64,000 bases of DNA. It comes from an uncultured Planctomycetota bacterium. Lineage in GTDB: Bacteria; Planctomycetota; Phycisphaerae; Tepidisphaerales; Tepidisphaeraceae. Shown here piece by piece: positions 28,039 through 41,851 of this stretch. The DNA is taken from positions 768,001-832,000 of the forward strand of contig CAWJEN010000006.1 in assembly GCA_963841915.1 (NCBI GenBank). Reading direction: 5' to 3'. The notes under the pieces were generated by a model. The model was not told the origin of the DNA. It saw only the letters and a program-made list of their open reading frames with translations, and did not search any database. The position numbers and the translations under genes are program-made. Each line of letters opens with the position of its first letter. Position 1 is the stretch's first letter.

Positions 28039-29061
28039 TTAGATCAGAAACAGCAGCCCGGCAATAAGCAGCGTTGACGCTCCGATCGCCACGCCGACAG
28101 CCGTCCGCGTCGAATGGCCGGATTGCTTGAGCGCCAGCCAGTCGACCGGTCCTGCCAGGAATAGTCCGACGAGCGCGAGGCTGATTGGCCAGTCGGAGCT
28201 GCCTTCGGTCGCACCTGCCGTGTCCGCGGCCGCCACGACGACGCGGGGCGGGGCGTCAAGCCTCACAGGTGCCGTCTCGAAGAATCTCAGGCTGCCTTGT
28301 TCTACCTCGCGATGCCAGGGTGCATCGCTTTCGGGTTGCCCTTCGATGATCCATCTGCCGCCACCTTCATCATCGACGGCACGGCGAAGCGGCCCCAGCC
28401 CGGCATCGTTCATCAGCGACGCCAGCGGCGACTCGATGGCCGAGGGCACGGGATCACCCGAAAGCCAAAGGGTCAATTGCCCGCCGCCTCGCACCCGTTC
28501 GGCAATGGCGGCCTGCACATCGACTGGTAGCCGCGTCAGATTGATGTCAGCCAGGATCAACTCGTCCAGAGCGGCGTAGGCCTCTGCCTCACGCGGCAAC
28601 AGGTCCGGTGGCATCCGCGTGGTGGTCGCCCCCTGAACCGTCGGCAGCTCGCCTCCCACCACGACGGCAAGCGGATCGACATCCAGCAGCAAGTTGACCG
28701 AAAACACGTTCGGCCGCACCGGCTCGGCAGGCCACCGAACCAGCGTCTTATCAGTCTCTGCGTCGGCGATCCGCAGATTTGTAGCCCACGCGTCGACGTC
28801 CAAAGGCAACGTCATAAGAAACGTCTGCCGGCCAGGATTGACAACCGCCTGCTCTCGGAGAACGAGGGATGGCTCGTTTGGCTGCGGAACGACCCACTCC
28901 AGCTTGACCGCACGTCGCTCCGTCGACTTGATCGTCACCGCAGCCGGATGGGCAAGGCCGGGGCGAATGAGGTCGTTCCAGCCGAGATCGACAGCGACGG
29001 TGATTCCACCGGCAGCGGGAGCGGCGAGGAGAAGAAGCACGATCCACGCAAGCCGACGCAC
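28039..29061 (-). CDS. Hypothetical exported/membrane-anchored protein
   Basis: Signal peptide MRRLAWIVLLLLAAPAAG from GTG 29061; two C-terminal TMs. Confidence 0.65.
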   Translation of the reverse strand: MRRLAWIVLLLLAAPAAGGITVAVDLGWNDLIRPGLAHPAAVTIKSTERRAVKLEWVVPQPNEPSLVLREQAVVNPGRQTFLMTLPLDVDAWATNLRIADAETDKTLVRWPAEPVRPNVFSVNLLLDVDPLAVVVGGELPTVQGATTTRMPPDLLPREAEAYAALDELILADINLTRLPVDVQAAIAERVRGGGQLTLWLSGDPVPSAIESPLASLMNDAGLGPLRRAVDDEGGGRWIIEGQPESDAPWHREVEQGSLRFFETAPVRLDAPPRVVVAAADTAGATEGSSDWPISLALVGLFLAGPVDWLALKQSGHSTRTAVGVAIGASTLLIAGLLFLI

Positions 29062-29142
29062 GACAGGAGCATAACGCGGACGCACTTGATTCGCTTCCCG
29101 GCGTCTCGAACACTTGCGGTGCCCTTGAAGCACTCGGTTCCC

Positions 29143-29448
29143 ATGCTCCCGCGGACGCTCGTCTTCGCTGCCGTCGTTTTGACGGTCTGTTGCGTCGATG
29201 GTGGCGTGCTTCGGCAGGGTGTGGTCCTGCGGGCGGCGCAGGTGTCGGCTGAGCAACAACGTCCGCGTGCGGAGGTCCGCCGCTACGCCCGCCCGACGCG
29301 GCAGGCGGTTCGCCCGACCGCGATTGCGTGGGCGGATCAACGGCCGTGTGTCGCAAGCTCGGTCGAGGTCGACGCTGTTGCGCCTGAGACTTTGGTCGGT
29401 GCAGCCTTATCGTTTGCGGAATTGCGGATGCCGCCGCCGATGGCGTGA
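29143..29448 (+). CDS. Candidate secA leader / translation-arrest peptide (SecM analogue)
   Basis: 101 aa; hydrophobic N-terminus MLPRTLVFAAVVLTVCC; C-terminus AELRMPPPMA; ends 99 nt upstream of secA on the same strand. Confidence 0.55.
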   Translation: MLPRTLVFAAVVLTVCCVDGGVLRQGVVLRAAQVSAEQQRPRAEVRRYARPTRQAVRPTAIAWADQRPCVASSVEVDAVAPETLVGAALSFAELRMPPPMA

Positions 29449-29547
29449 TGTGGCGTCTGTCTCCTCTTGTCTCCATATCACGCTCCGCAGCGGCCGCCTT
29501 CGGGTGGACGCTGTCGTCCGCACCGCACATCGCTTTCCGCACCTCCC

Positions 29548-33441
<3,894 letters not shown>

Positions 33442-33453
33442 GCAAAGCGTGCG

Positions 33454-34920
33454 ATGGCAGCGGCGGTACGCCGTGGCCGACTCCATGAGCATGCGACAAA
33501 CGACGATGCTTCGACTGGAGCTTGTTCTATGGGAAGCCTCCATTCTGCCACCGTCAACGATGTCCACTCTCGGCTGAACAAGACGTGCGTTGCCGGGATC
33601 TTCCGGCCCGCGTCGTTAGACGAACTGATCGACCGCGTCCGGCAGCACTGGCAAAACGGACGGTCGTTATGCATCAGCGGCGGCCGGCACGCGATGGGTG
33701 GGCAGCAGTTTGCCTCTGATCACCTGTTGCTCGACACGCGGGATCTCGATCGGCTCGACTTCCTGGACCCGACAGAGGGCACAGCCACCTTTGAAGCCGG
33801 AGCGCAGTGGCCCGGGGTAATACGACAGCTTCATGCCGCCCAGCCGGAGGAGATTCGCTGGAGTATTCGCCAGAAGCAAACAGGTGCTGATGACCTCACC
33901 CTCGGCGGCGCAGTCTCAGCCAACGTGCACGGGCGAGGCCTGCTCATGGCTCCGATTGTCGAAGATGTCGAGTCGCTCGACGTGCTGTGCACGGACGGCG
34001 AGGTGCGAACCTGCAGCCGCAACGACAACGCGACGCTGTTTTCACTCATCGTCGGCGGCTACGGCCTGTTCGGTGTCATCCTCAAGGTGACGCTCCGTCT
34101 AGCTGCTCGGCAGTTGTTGACAAGGCGGGTCGACGTTCTTGATGTCGACGATGCACTGTCTGCTGTGCGACGTCGCGCTGACGAAGGGTGTATCTACGGC
34201 GACTTCCAATATGCCATTGCTCCCAATGATCGCGACTTCCTTCGCCGCGGTGTCTGCGCCTGCTACGCGCCTGCCGAGACCGGCGACGCGACTGAACAGC
34301 GGTCACTGACAGGCGATGATTGGGCGAGCTTGATGTCACTGGCGGCGACGGACAAGCCCAAAGCCTTCGCTGCCTACGCACAACATTACCTCGCGACACA
34401 CGGACAGACCTACTGGTCCGACGAGATGCAGCTCAGCGCGTACCTGCCGAGCTACGACCAATTCTTACGTAGGAACAACGAGGGTCCGGAAGCAACGTTG
34501 ATGATCGGCGAGCAGTACGTGCCGCCGGAGACACTGCTCGACTTCCTTGAAGATGCTCGCTCCGTACTGCGGAAGACGCAGGCCGAGGACTTCTACGGAA
34601 CAATCCGCACGATTCAGCCTGACACGGAGACGGTGCTGCCGTGGGCCCGAGAGCACTTTGCATGCATTATCTTCAACCTTCACACGACTCACGATAACGC
34701 TGGAGTTGATCGGTCGGCGGCAGCGTTTCGTGCCCTCAACGATGCCTCTCTTGCGTGGGGCGGCAGCTTCTTTTTGACCTACCACCGATGGTCGACGCGA
34801 GAGCAAATCGAGGCCGCATATCCGCGGTTCGGCGAGTTCTTACAGCACAAGCTCGCACACGATCCGTCCGGTCTCATCACGAGTGACTGGCACCGACATC
34901 ATGTCGAGCTGTTCGCTTGA
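33454..34920 (+). CDS. FAD-binding oxidoreductase (FAD_binding_4/VAO family)
   Basis: ISGGRHAMGGQ, TLGGAVSANVHG, GGYGLFGVI, KLAHDP. Start may be 33529. Confidence 0.85.
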   Translation: MAAAVRRGRLHEHATNDDASTGACSMGSLHSATVNDVHSRLNKTCVAGIFRPASLDELIDRVRQHWQNGRSLCISGGRHAMGGQQFASDHLLLDTRDLDRLDFLDPTEGTATFEAGAQWPGVIRQLHAAQPEEIRWSIRQKQTGADDLTLGGAVSANVHGRGLLMAPIVEDVESLDVLCTDGEVRTCSRNDNATLFSLIVGGYGLFGVILKVTLRLAARQLLTRRVDVLDVDDALSAVRRRADEGCIYGDFQYAIAPNDRDFLRRGVCACYAPAETGDATEQRSLTGDDWASLMSLAATDKPKAFAAYAQHYLATHGQTYWSDEMQLSAYLPSYDQFLRRNNEGPEATLMIGEQYVPPETLLDFLEDARSVLRKTQAEDFYGTIRTIQPDTETVLPWAREHFACIIFNLHTTHDNAGVDRSAAAFRALNDASLAWGGSFFLTYHRWSTREQIEAAYPRFGEFLQHKLAHDPSGLITSDWHRHHVELFA

Positions 34921-34923
34921 GCA

Positions 34924-36516
34924 TCATTCAAGACCATAATGAAGCCATCGACGATTAATGAGTTGCTCGGTCACCTTATCAAACGTCAGCTCGTCAGGCC
35001 AATGGCGGACAACGCTGTCGCCGGCTTCTTCGGGAAGCTTTCGCGTCGCGTCGAAGCCCATCTTGCTACCGACGCCGAGGCCGGGTGAAGCGTGGTCGAG
35101 AATGTCCACGGGGCCGGTGACGGTCTCCGCGTCTCGCTTGGGATCGCAATTGGCGAACAGGTGAAACAGCACCGCCTGCTCGTCGTGTACGTCGACGTCT
35201 TCATCGACGACGACGATGAACTTCGTGAACGACATCTGCCCCGCGCCCCAGATGGCGTGCATGACCCGCCGGGCCTGAAACGCGTACTCCTTCTTGATCT
35301 GTACGTAGACGCAGTTGTGGAAGCAGCCGGCCATCGGCAGCGAGTAGTCGATGATGTCCGGCACGATCGTCTTGAGCAGGGGCAAAAAGACCCGCTCGGT
35401 CGCCTTGCCCATGAAGTAATCCTCCATGGGCGGCTTGCCAACGATCGTCGTCGGGTAGATCGCGTCGCTCCTTTGTGTCACTGCCGTCACGTCCAGCCGC
35501 GGGTATCGATCGGCGAGCGAGTAGAAGCCGGTGTGGTCACCGAATGGACCTTCGAGCAGCGTCTCCGTCGGGTGGACGAATGCTTCGATGACGAGCTCCG
35601 CCTCGGCCGGGACTTGCAGGTCGACCGTCTTGCACTGGACCATCTCGATCCGCTTGCGGTTCATGAAGGAGGCGAAGGCAATCTCCGGGATGCCGGGCGG
35701 CAGCGGGGCGGTCGCGGCGTATGGCATCACGCTGGGCCCGCCTAGCACGACGGCGACCGGCATCGGCTCACCGCGCTTCTGCCAGGCGCGGAAATGGCGG
35801 GCGCCGTCGTGGTGCAAATGCCAGTGCATGGCACAGGTCTTCTTGTCGAAGAGCTGCACGCGGTACATGCCGATGTTTTTGTCGCCGGTTTCGGGGTGCG
35901 TGGTGTAGATCCCGCCGAGCGTGATGTACCGGCCGGTGCGAGGCCGCTGCTTGGCCTGCGGAATCTCGGCCGTGCGATGACCGAAGACCTGCCCGCTGTC
36001 GAGATCGCCGTCGCTGGGCCAGCACTGCAGGATTGGCAATTGCATCAAGTCGATCTGCTCACCCGTTCGCACGACCTCCTGACAAGCGGCGTCTTTGACC
36101 CGCTTTGGCAGCAAAGCCGACAGGTCACCGACCATCTCCTTGCCAAGCTTGAACTTTTCGAACAGCGTCGCCGGCAACTGCGGCTTGACGAACTTCTCGA
36201 CTCGGTCGGCCAGATCCTCGAGCGTTGGCGTTCCCAGCGCCCAACAGATGCGGGCGTAGCTGCCCATCGTGTTGATCGCGACTGGCATGTCGCTGCCGAC
36301 CGGTTGATCGAATAGAAGTGCTCGACCACCCTTGTCGGCGTGGACGTGCTTGTCCCGCTCGCGGTGCGGCGTCGGGGCCGGCGACTTCATCACGCGATCC
36401 GATACGGCTGCAATCTCCAGCACCGGATCGACGGGGACCTTGACCCGCCGAAGTTCGTCCCGCTCGCCCAGGAAGCTGATAAACGACCGCAGATTTGGGA
36501 AGGGGCCGTCGCTCAT
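34924..36516 (-). CDS. ubiD: UbiD family prFMN-dependent decarboxylase (menaquinone-pathway type)
   Basis: VDPVLEI, NIGMYRVQ, MHWHLHHDG, EGPFGDHTGFY, DILDHAS, KMGFDAT. Confidence 0.9.
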   Translation of the reverse strand: MSDGPFPNLRSFISFLGERDELRRVKVPVDPVLEIAAVSDRVMKSPAPTPHRERDKHVHADKGGRALLFDQPVGSDMPVAINTMGSYARICWALGTPTLEDLADRVEKFVKPQLPATLFEKFKLGKEMVGDLSALLPKRVKDAACQEVVRTGEQIDLMQLPILQCWPSDGDLDSGQVFGHRTAEIPQAKQRPRTGRYITLGGIYTTHPETGDKNIGMYRVQLFDKKTCAMHWHLHHDGARHFRAWQKRGEPMPVAVVLGGPSVMPYAATAPLPPGIPEIAFASFMNRKRIEMVQCKTVDLQVPAEAELVIEAFVHPTETLLEGPFGDHTGFYSLADRYPRLDVTAVTQRSDAIYPTTIVGKPPMEDYFMGKATERVFLPLLKTIVPDIIDYSLPMAGCFHNCVYVQIKKEYAFQARRVMHAIWGAGQMSFTKFIVVVDEDVDVHDEQAVLFHLFANCDPKRDAETVTGPVDILDHASPGLGVGSKMGFDATRKLPEEAGDSVVRHWPDELTFDKVTEQLINRRWLHYGLE

Positions 36517-36544
36517 GCGGCGAGTTTAGGAGGCGGGCCAACGG

Positions 36545-36931
36545 CTACTTTCGTTTCGCTGCAGCCTTTTGCAGGAGGGCGAAGTTGCGACGATTTGACT
36601 TAAAAGCGAGGTCGCCCAGATCGCCCAGCAGCGGGATCAGCCCGACGAGCAGGTCGAGGCCGATGTTGCCGAGCATGCGGACGATGATCCACGCGCCGAG
36701 TCTGTGGCGCCCGGCGAGGTACACGGGATAGAGCGACAGAGTCGCCGTGGCGACGTCTCCGACGACGGGGACGAGTCCGATGATCGAGTCGAAGCCGAAC
36801 TTGATGCCGCCGAGGCTGTACTTGCTGTCGAGCCACGTGCCGAGCTTGTCGGCGATGGCTAGATCGCGTTCAAAGTCTGAGCGTGGGCCGGAGGCTGGGC
36901 GAACATCAACGCGAGTGGTCGGGGCAGACAT
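36545..36931 (-). CDS. DUF4112 family protein
   Basis: LDSKY..GGIKFGFDSIIGLVPVVGD, MLGNIGLDLLVGLIPLLGDLGDLAFKSNRRN. Confidence 0.85.
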   Translation of the reverse strand: MSAPTTRVDVRPASGPRSDFERDLAIADKLGTWLDSKYSLGGIKFGFDSIIGLVPVVGDVATATLSLYPVYLAGRHRLGAWIIVRMLGNIGLDLLVGLIPLLGDLGDLAFKSNRRNFALLQKAAAKRK

Positions 36932-36990
36932 GAGACGATGGCACCGTACCGCGTTGTTAGCCGACGGTGGAACCCCGATGCCGTGAGTCG

Positions 36991-37767
36991 CTACTGCGGA
37001 AGCTTGAGTTCCATGCCGACCTGCAGCGTGCCCGGATCGTCGCCGATGGCCTCGCGGTTGAGGTCGTAGATCTCTTGCCACAGCGCACTACGGCCGAGAC
37101 GTTCGGCGGCAATGTCGCTGAGCGTTTGGCCGCCGCGGACGGTGTGCGTGCGGGCGTCTGCGTTGACCTTGGGCAGGCCAACGGGGTCACCGGCCGCATC
37201 GAGGGCCGGCACGATGACGGTGTCACCGATAGACAGACGGCGGGGGTCGAGCTTCGGATTGGCGCGGGTGATGATGTCGAAGAGGTCGCCGTTGTCGTAG
37301 TACCGCTTGGCAATAGTGACGAAGTTGTCGCCGCTGGCGACGGTGTGCGTTTGGGCAGCGACGTCGAATACGCGATCAGGCGAGGCGTCAGCAGACGGAG
37401 CGTTTCCGGCGGCAATGTCTGCGGCGACGTCGCCGATGGGGCGCGTGTCGCGGCCGGTGGCGTAGTCGGCATTACGCCATGTCGGTTCGGCAGCGGGAAT
37501 CTGAAGCTCGTCTGGCCACGCTTCTTCGCCTAGCACGTCCTGCTCGCTCACGGGCGACACGACCTCCGCCGTCGGCTCTGTCACGCGAGGCGACCAGGCA
37601 GCCAGAGGGTCAGCATTGTCCATCGGCTCGGCGGCGGCAATGTCTGTGGTTTCAGGTTCGCCCTCACCGCCGGAGAAGGCGAGCACGCCCACATAGGCGA
37701 AGCCGGCGACGGCCAAAGCGGCAACCGCCCAAGCGGCTAGACGAACGTCTTTACGAAGTAAGGCCAT
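36991..37767 (-). CDS. Membrane-anchored protein with two LysM domains
   Basis: N-terminal TM; HTVASGDNFVTIAKRYY and HTVRGGQTLSDIAAERLG LysM repeats. Confidence 0.88.
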   Translation of the reverse strand: MALLRKDVRLAAWAVAALAVAGFAYVGVLAFSGGEGEPETTDIAAAEPMDNADPLAAWSPRVTEPTAEVVSPVSEQDVLGEEAWPDELQIPAAEPTWRNADYATGRDTRPIGDVAADIAAGNAPSADASPDRVFDVAAQTHTVASGDNFVTIAKRYYDNGDLFDIITRANPKLDPRRLSIGDTVIVPALDAAGDPVGLPKVNADARTHTVRGGQTLSDIAAERLGRSALWQEIYDLNREAIGDDPGTLQVGMELKLPQ

Positions 37768-37900
37768 GATCTAGGGCTTCCTTTCCCTCGGGAACTCGAA
37801 CGTGATGGCGGCGTCCTGCCACCTGATAGACCGACAGTTTATCGACACGTCGCCGCGCCACAAGGGGCGAAGCCGGCAGAAATCGCCGCGGGCCCAACCC

Positions 37901-40900
37901 TCACGCCGTTGCCACGGACGAGGTCGCCGGTGCAGGCGACTCTTCCTCGTCGTTCCTAGGCCCGACAAGCAGCAGCGGGCTTGCGATGGCGATCGAGCTG
38001 TACGTACCTGTGATGATGCCCACGAGCATGGCAAAGGTAAACCCGTGGATACCCGGGCCGCCGAATGCATACATGACGAAGATCGTCACGAGCGTCGTAC
38101 CACCGGTGAGCAGGGTTCTGCTCAGCGTCTGGTTGATCGAGTCGTTGATCACCTTGTGCGTCAGCGTTCCGTACTTGCCGCGATTCTCGCGGATGCGGTC
38201 AAAGACGACCACGGTGTCGTTCATGCTGAAGCCCATCACCGTCAGGATGGCTGCGACCATAGTGAGGTTCAGCCTGAACGGATCGAGCAGGAAGGCATCA
38301 CCGATGAAGGTTTCGGCCAGCAGGTGGGCGTAGCCGATGCCGGCGAGGACGAACAGCGTGTCGTGGGCGAGGGCGACGACGGTGGCCGTTGAGTACTTGA
38401 GGTCGCCGAAGCGGAGCCAGATGTAGCCCATGATCGCAAGCACGCTCAGGATGACGGCCAAGGCGGCATCTCGCTTAAATTCACCGGCAACTTGTGCGCC
38501 GATCTTCGTCACGCGTTCGAGTTCTTCGGGCTCGGCAACGGCATCGACGACCATCTGCCACGCCGGGGCAGCAAGCTCTGTGTTGAACGCCCGCTCGAGA
38601 TCGGGGTCTTCGTCGTAGCCATACCGCTCGTTGGCGACGAAAACAACGGCTGCGTCTTCACCGGCGAATGTCTCGACGTCGATATTGACGCCGCCTCGCA
38701 AGCCTTGGGCGTTGTACTGGCCCTTAAGCCGCTGGCCGACGATGCGGTCGCGCAACTCGGTCTGGCTCGGCATCGGCTCGAGATTCCGCAGCACGATCGC
38801 GATGCCGCCCTCGTTGGCAGCGATAAGTCGCTCTTCAACGGGTAGGCCGATGGCGACATCCGCGTTGTCGTCGACAGGCACAGCCGCTGTGCCGGCCACT
38901 GACTCGTAGGGCTGGTCGTAGCCGTTGAAGGTGCTCGGTTGTCGCGAATCAATTCGTTCGCCCAGGCGAGCAAGAATGGCCGCTGTGACTTCGGCGTCAT
39001 CCGTATTGTTCGTGACGATTTCGTACTTCGTGTTGTCCGCAGTGCCTGCGCTGGGCTCGATGCTCACGACCTGCAGGCCGGTCAACGCATCGGTCGCCTC
39101 GCTACGGCCGAGAGCTTCGCGCACGTCGGCCGTCGACATCGGGTCCTTCAGGTTGAAGACCGCCGTCGTGCCACCGGCAAACTCCGTGTCGAGCACGCGA
39201 CCCTTGGCAAAGTAGACGCCGAAGAGGATGCAGCCGATCAGAATGATGATGCCGGATACGCCGCCGAACAGCCACGCCCGCTTCATCCAGTCGATGTCGG
39301 GCGTGAGGAATTTGTTCCACTTCGGGAAGGTCCGCGGCAGGCTTGACAGGTCCTTGAGGTCGAGCTTGTCGACGAGCAGGCCGAAGATCGTCTTCGTGAC
39401 GAACAGGGCCGTAAAGAGCGAGGCAAAGATGCCGATCAGCAGCGTCAGGCCGAAGCCCTTGACCTCTTCGGAGCCGAACACGTAGAGGATCAACGCCGTG
39501 ATGCCGGTCGTAATGTTCGAGTCGAGAATGGCCGACAACGCGCGGTCGTAGCCGTTCCGCAGGGCCATCCGCAGGCTCAGGCCACGGGCCTGCTCTTCAC
39601 GAAGCCGTTCAAAGATGAGGACGTTTGCATCGACGCTCATGCCGAGCGACAGAATGATGCCAGCCACACTCGGCAGCGTGAACGTCGCCTGCAACGCAGC
39701 CATGCTCGCCAGGATGATGAGCATGTTCATCAGCACCGCCCCGAAGGCGACCGTGCCGGCGAGGTAGTAGTAACCGATGAGGAACACACCGACGATGACC
39801 AGGCCGGCGATGCTGGCGCTGAAGCCGGCCCGCAGGTTGTCCTTGCCAAGCTGCGGCCCGATCGTCCGTTCGCTGATCGGCTCGTCGCTCAGGCGTGCAG
39901 GCAGGGCACCGGCATTAAGCGTGTTGACGAGATAGGCCTGCTCGTCAGCGGCAAATCCGCCGCGGCCACCGGTGATCTGGCCCTGGCTGGAGATGCGGCC
40001 CTGCAACGTCGGCGCACTGATCACGCGGTCGTCGAGCACGATGGCCAGAGGTCGACCGATGTTTGAGCCGCTGAGGTCGCCGAACAGGGCGGCTCCTGCT
40101 GCGTCGAGCGTGAAGCCGATGGCGTTGCCGCCGCGTTCGTCTTGGCTGCGGCGGGCCTGCTCCAGACCCCACTCACCGTCGCGTTGGTCAAGCGTCTTGG
40201 GTTCCGTGTTCCACGCAAGCACGTAGGTCTTGCCGTCGGGCCCGACGCGTGTCATGTTCGGGCTGAGCGTGGCACCGTCTTCGGCCTCGATCCAGCGAAA
40301 ATCGTCACCAGCGGCAGGGCGTGCACCGACGCGGGCGAGCTCGGCAGCTTTCTGCTCGAATATCTCAGGCGTCAGGCCGTCGTCGAAGCCGGAGGCACCG
40401 CTGTCGCTCACGACGAACGGCAGGATGTTGAACTGCAACACGCCACTGCCTTGCAGCAGACGCTTGAGCGTGGCAGTGTCGGCGATCTTGTCGCGAAGAG
40501 ACGCGTATTGCTCGGCTGCGGCGAGGTAGTCCTCAATGGCTTTGGCACGCTTGGCATCGTCGCCGTTCAGCGCCATGATCGCGTCGAGCCGCTCTTGGCG
40601 AACATCTGGCTCGAGCGTTGAAACTGTCTCGACCTGCTCCACCGTGATGTTCGTGTCACGCAGATCCTGCTTGGCCTGCTCGTACGCAGCCTCTGCGTCT
40701 GCGATACGAATGACCACACCTGACGAGCGGGCGGCCTCCAGTGCGTCGAAAGCTTGCGCAGCCTGCTCGTAAGTAGCCAGTCGCGTCTGGCTGCCTGCCA
40801 ATTCGGACAAGCGTTCAGTGCGATCGGCATCTTCGTACTGCTCGATGACGCCGACGACCTGGTCGGGCCGTACGACGAGATCCGTCAGCGACTGCTGGGC

Positions 40901-41290
40901 GGCCTGATAGGCGCTGCGTGCTTCGTCCGCTTGAGCCGAATCACCGGAGAGAGGCAATTGAATTTCGAGCCGTTCGTCGCCTTGTGGCCGCCAAACGAGG
41001 TTCAGGACGCCTTGCGGGTCGACGCGACGCTTGAGGGCGCTGGCGACCTGCTGCGAGAGCGATTCACCACCCGCGCCACGAGGCGGGGCGTCGGCAGGGC
41101 GTTCGATCTCGTAGACGAGGCTTGTCCCGCCGACCATGTCGATGCCGGGACGAAGGTTGACCTCCATACTGACCGGCTCGTCGATGGCGAGCTGAAAGAC
41201 GCTGAACGCCGCCTTGGGGTAGACGCAGCACAACGCGCCGTAAAGGACGGCGAGGATGAGCAGGACGCGGCCGGTGTAGGCGTTGGGCAT
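37901..41290 (-). CDS. secDF: Fused protein translocase subunit SecDF
   Basis: GIDMVGGT, TLPSVAGIILSLGMSVDANVLIFER, EFAGG, GFSMNDTVVVFDRIRE, GTYSSIAIA. Confidence 0.96.
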   Translation of the reverse strand: MPNAYTGRVLLILAVLYGALCCVYPKAAFSVFQLAIDEPVSMEVNLRPGIDMVGGTSLVYEIERPADAPPRGAGGESLSQQVASALKRRVDPQGVLNLVWRPQGDERLEIQLPLSGDSAQADEARSAYQAAQQSLTDLVVRPDQVVGVIEQYEDADRTERLSELAGSQTRLATYEQAAQAFDALEAARSSGVVIRIADAEAAYEQAKQDLRDTNITVEQVETVSTLEPDVRQERLDAIMALNGDDAKRAKAIEDYLAAAEQYASLRDKIADTATLKRLLQGSGVLQFNILPFVVSDSGASGFDDGLTPEIFEQKAAELARVGARPAAGDDFRWIEAEDGATLSPNMTRVGPDGKTYVLAWNTEPKTLDQRDGEWGLEQARRSQDERGGNAIGFTLDAAGAALFGDLSGSNIGRPLAIVLDDRVISAPTLQGRISSQGQITGGRGGFAADEQAYLVNTLNAGALPARLSDEPISERTIGPQLGKDNLRAGFSASIAGLVIVGVFLIGYYYLAGTVAFGAVLMNMLIILASMAALQATFTLPSVAGIILSLGMSVDANVLIFERLREEQARGLSLRMALRNGYDRALSAILDSNITTGITALILYVFGSEEVKGFGLTLLIGIFASLFTALFVTKTIFGLLVDKLDLKDLSSLPRTFPKWNKFLTPDIDWMKRAWLFGGVSGIIILIGCILFGVYFAKGRVLDTEFAGGTTAVFNLKDPMSTADVREALGRSEATDALTGLQVVSIEPSAGTADNTKYEIVTNNTDDAEVTAAILARLGERIDSRQPSTFNGYDQPYESVAGTAAVPVDDNADVAIGLPVEERLIAANEGGIAIVLRNLEPMPSQTELRDRIVGQRLKGQYNAQGLRGGVNIDVETFAGEDAAVVFVANERYGYDEDPDLERAFNTELAAPAWQMVVDAVAEPEELERVTKIGAQVAGEFKRDAALAVILSVLAIMGYIWLRFGDLKYSTATVVALAHDTLFVLAGIGYAHLLAETFIGDAFLLDPFRLNLTMVAAILTVMGFSMNDTVVVFDRIRENRGKYGTLTHKVINDSINQTLSRTLLTGGTTLVTIFVMYAFGGPGIHGFTFAMLVGIITGTYSSIAIASPLLLVGPRNDEEESPAPATSSVATA

Positions 41291-41509
41291 GGCAGACGGT
41301 CTAAGCGCAACCCATGGCCGGGCCACGGGACGGGCAGCTTAGGGCACAGAACCCGGCGGTGCCGTATGACGCTGATGATGGGCACAACCGTCTTGCTGAC
41401 GCAGGTGCATTAAACTCGGTTCTAAAGTGCAACCGGTCACTCCACAATCTCGGCCAAGCCACTTCAGTGGCTTGGCCCGACGAACAATTTCGAACGTCCC
41501 AACTCTCTA

Positions 41510-41851
41510 CTAATCCGCCGCAAGCGAGCTCTTTGGCTCGATCGTGGCCAGGGCCGACTTCTGAAAGCGGAGCTTCGTGTTCGTCGATTCGTCGACCTTC
41601 ACCGTGACCGCATCGTCGCTGACGTTCGTCACCGTGCCGAGGATGCCGCCGATCGTGACAACCTTGTCGCCCTTGGCTACAGCGTTGATCATTCGCTGCT
41701 GCTCCTTCTGCTTCTTTCGCTGCGGGGCGATGAGGATCAGGTAGAACAGCACGCCGATGAACAGCAGCGGGGCGTATCTGTCGATCGTCGCATACCACGA
41801 CGGGGCAGGCTGCGGGGCGGCCTGGGCAAGAACTATGAGAATCGTGTCCAT
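41510..41851 (-). CDS. yajC: Preprotein translocase subunit YajC
   Basis: TM then PQRKKQK, KGDKVVTIGGILGTV; lies between tgt and secDF. Confidence 0.95.
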   Translation of the reverse strand: MDTILIVLAQAAPQPAPSWYATIDRYAPLLFIGVLFYLILIAPQRKKQKEQQRMINAVAKGDKVVTIGGILGTVTNVSDDAVTVKVDESTNTKLRFQKSALATIEPKSSLAAD

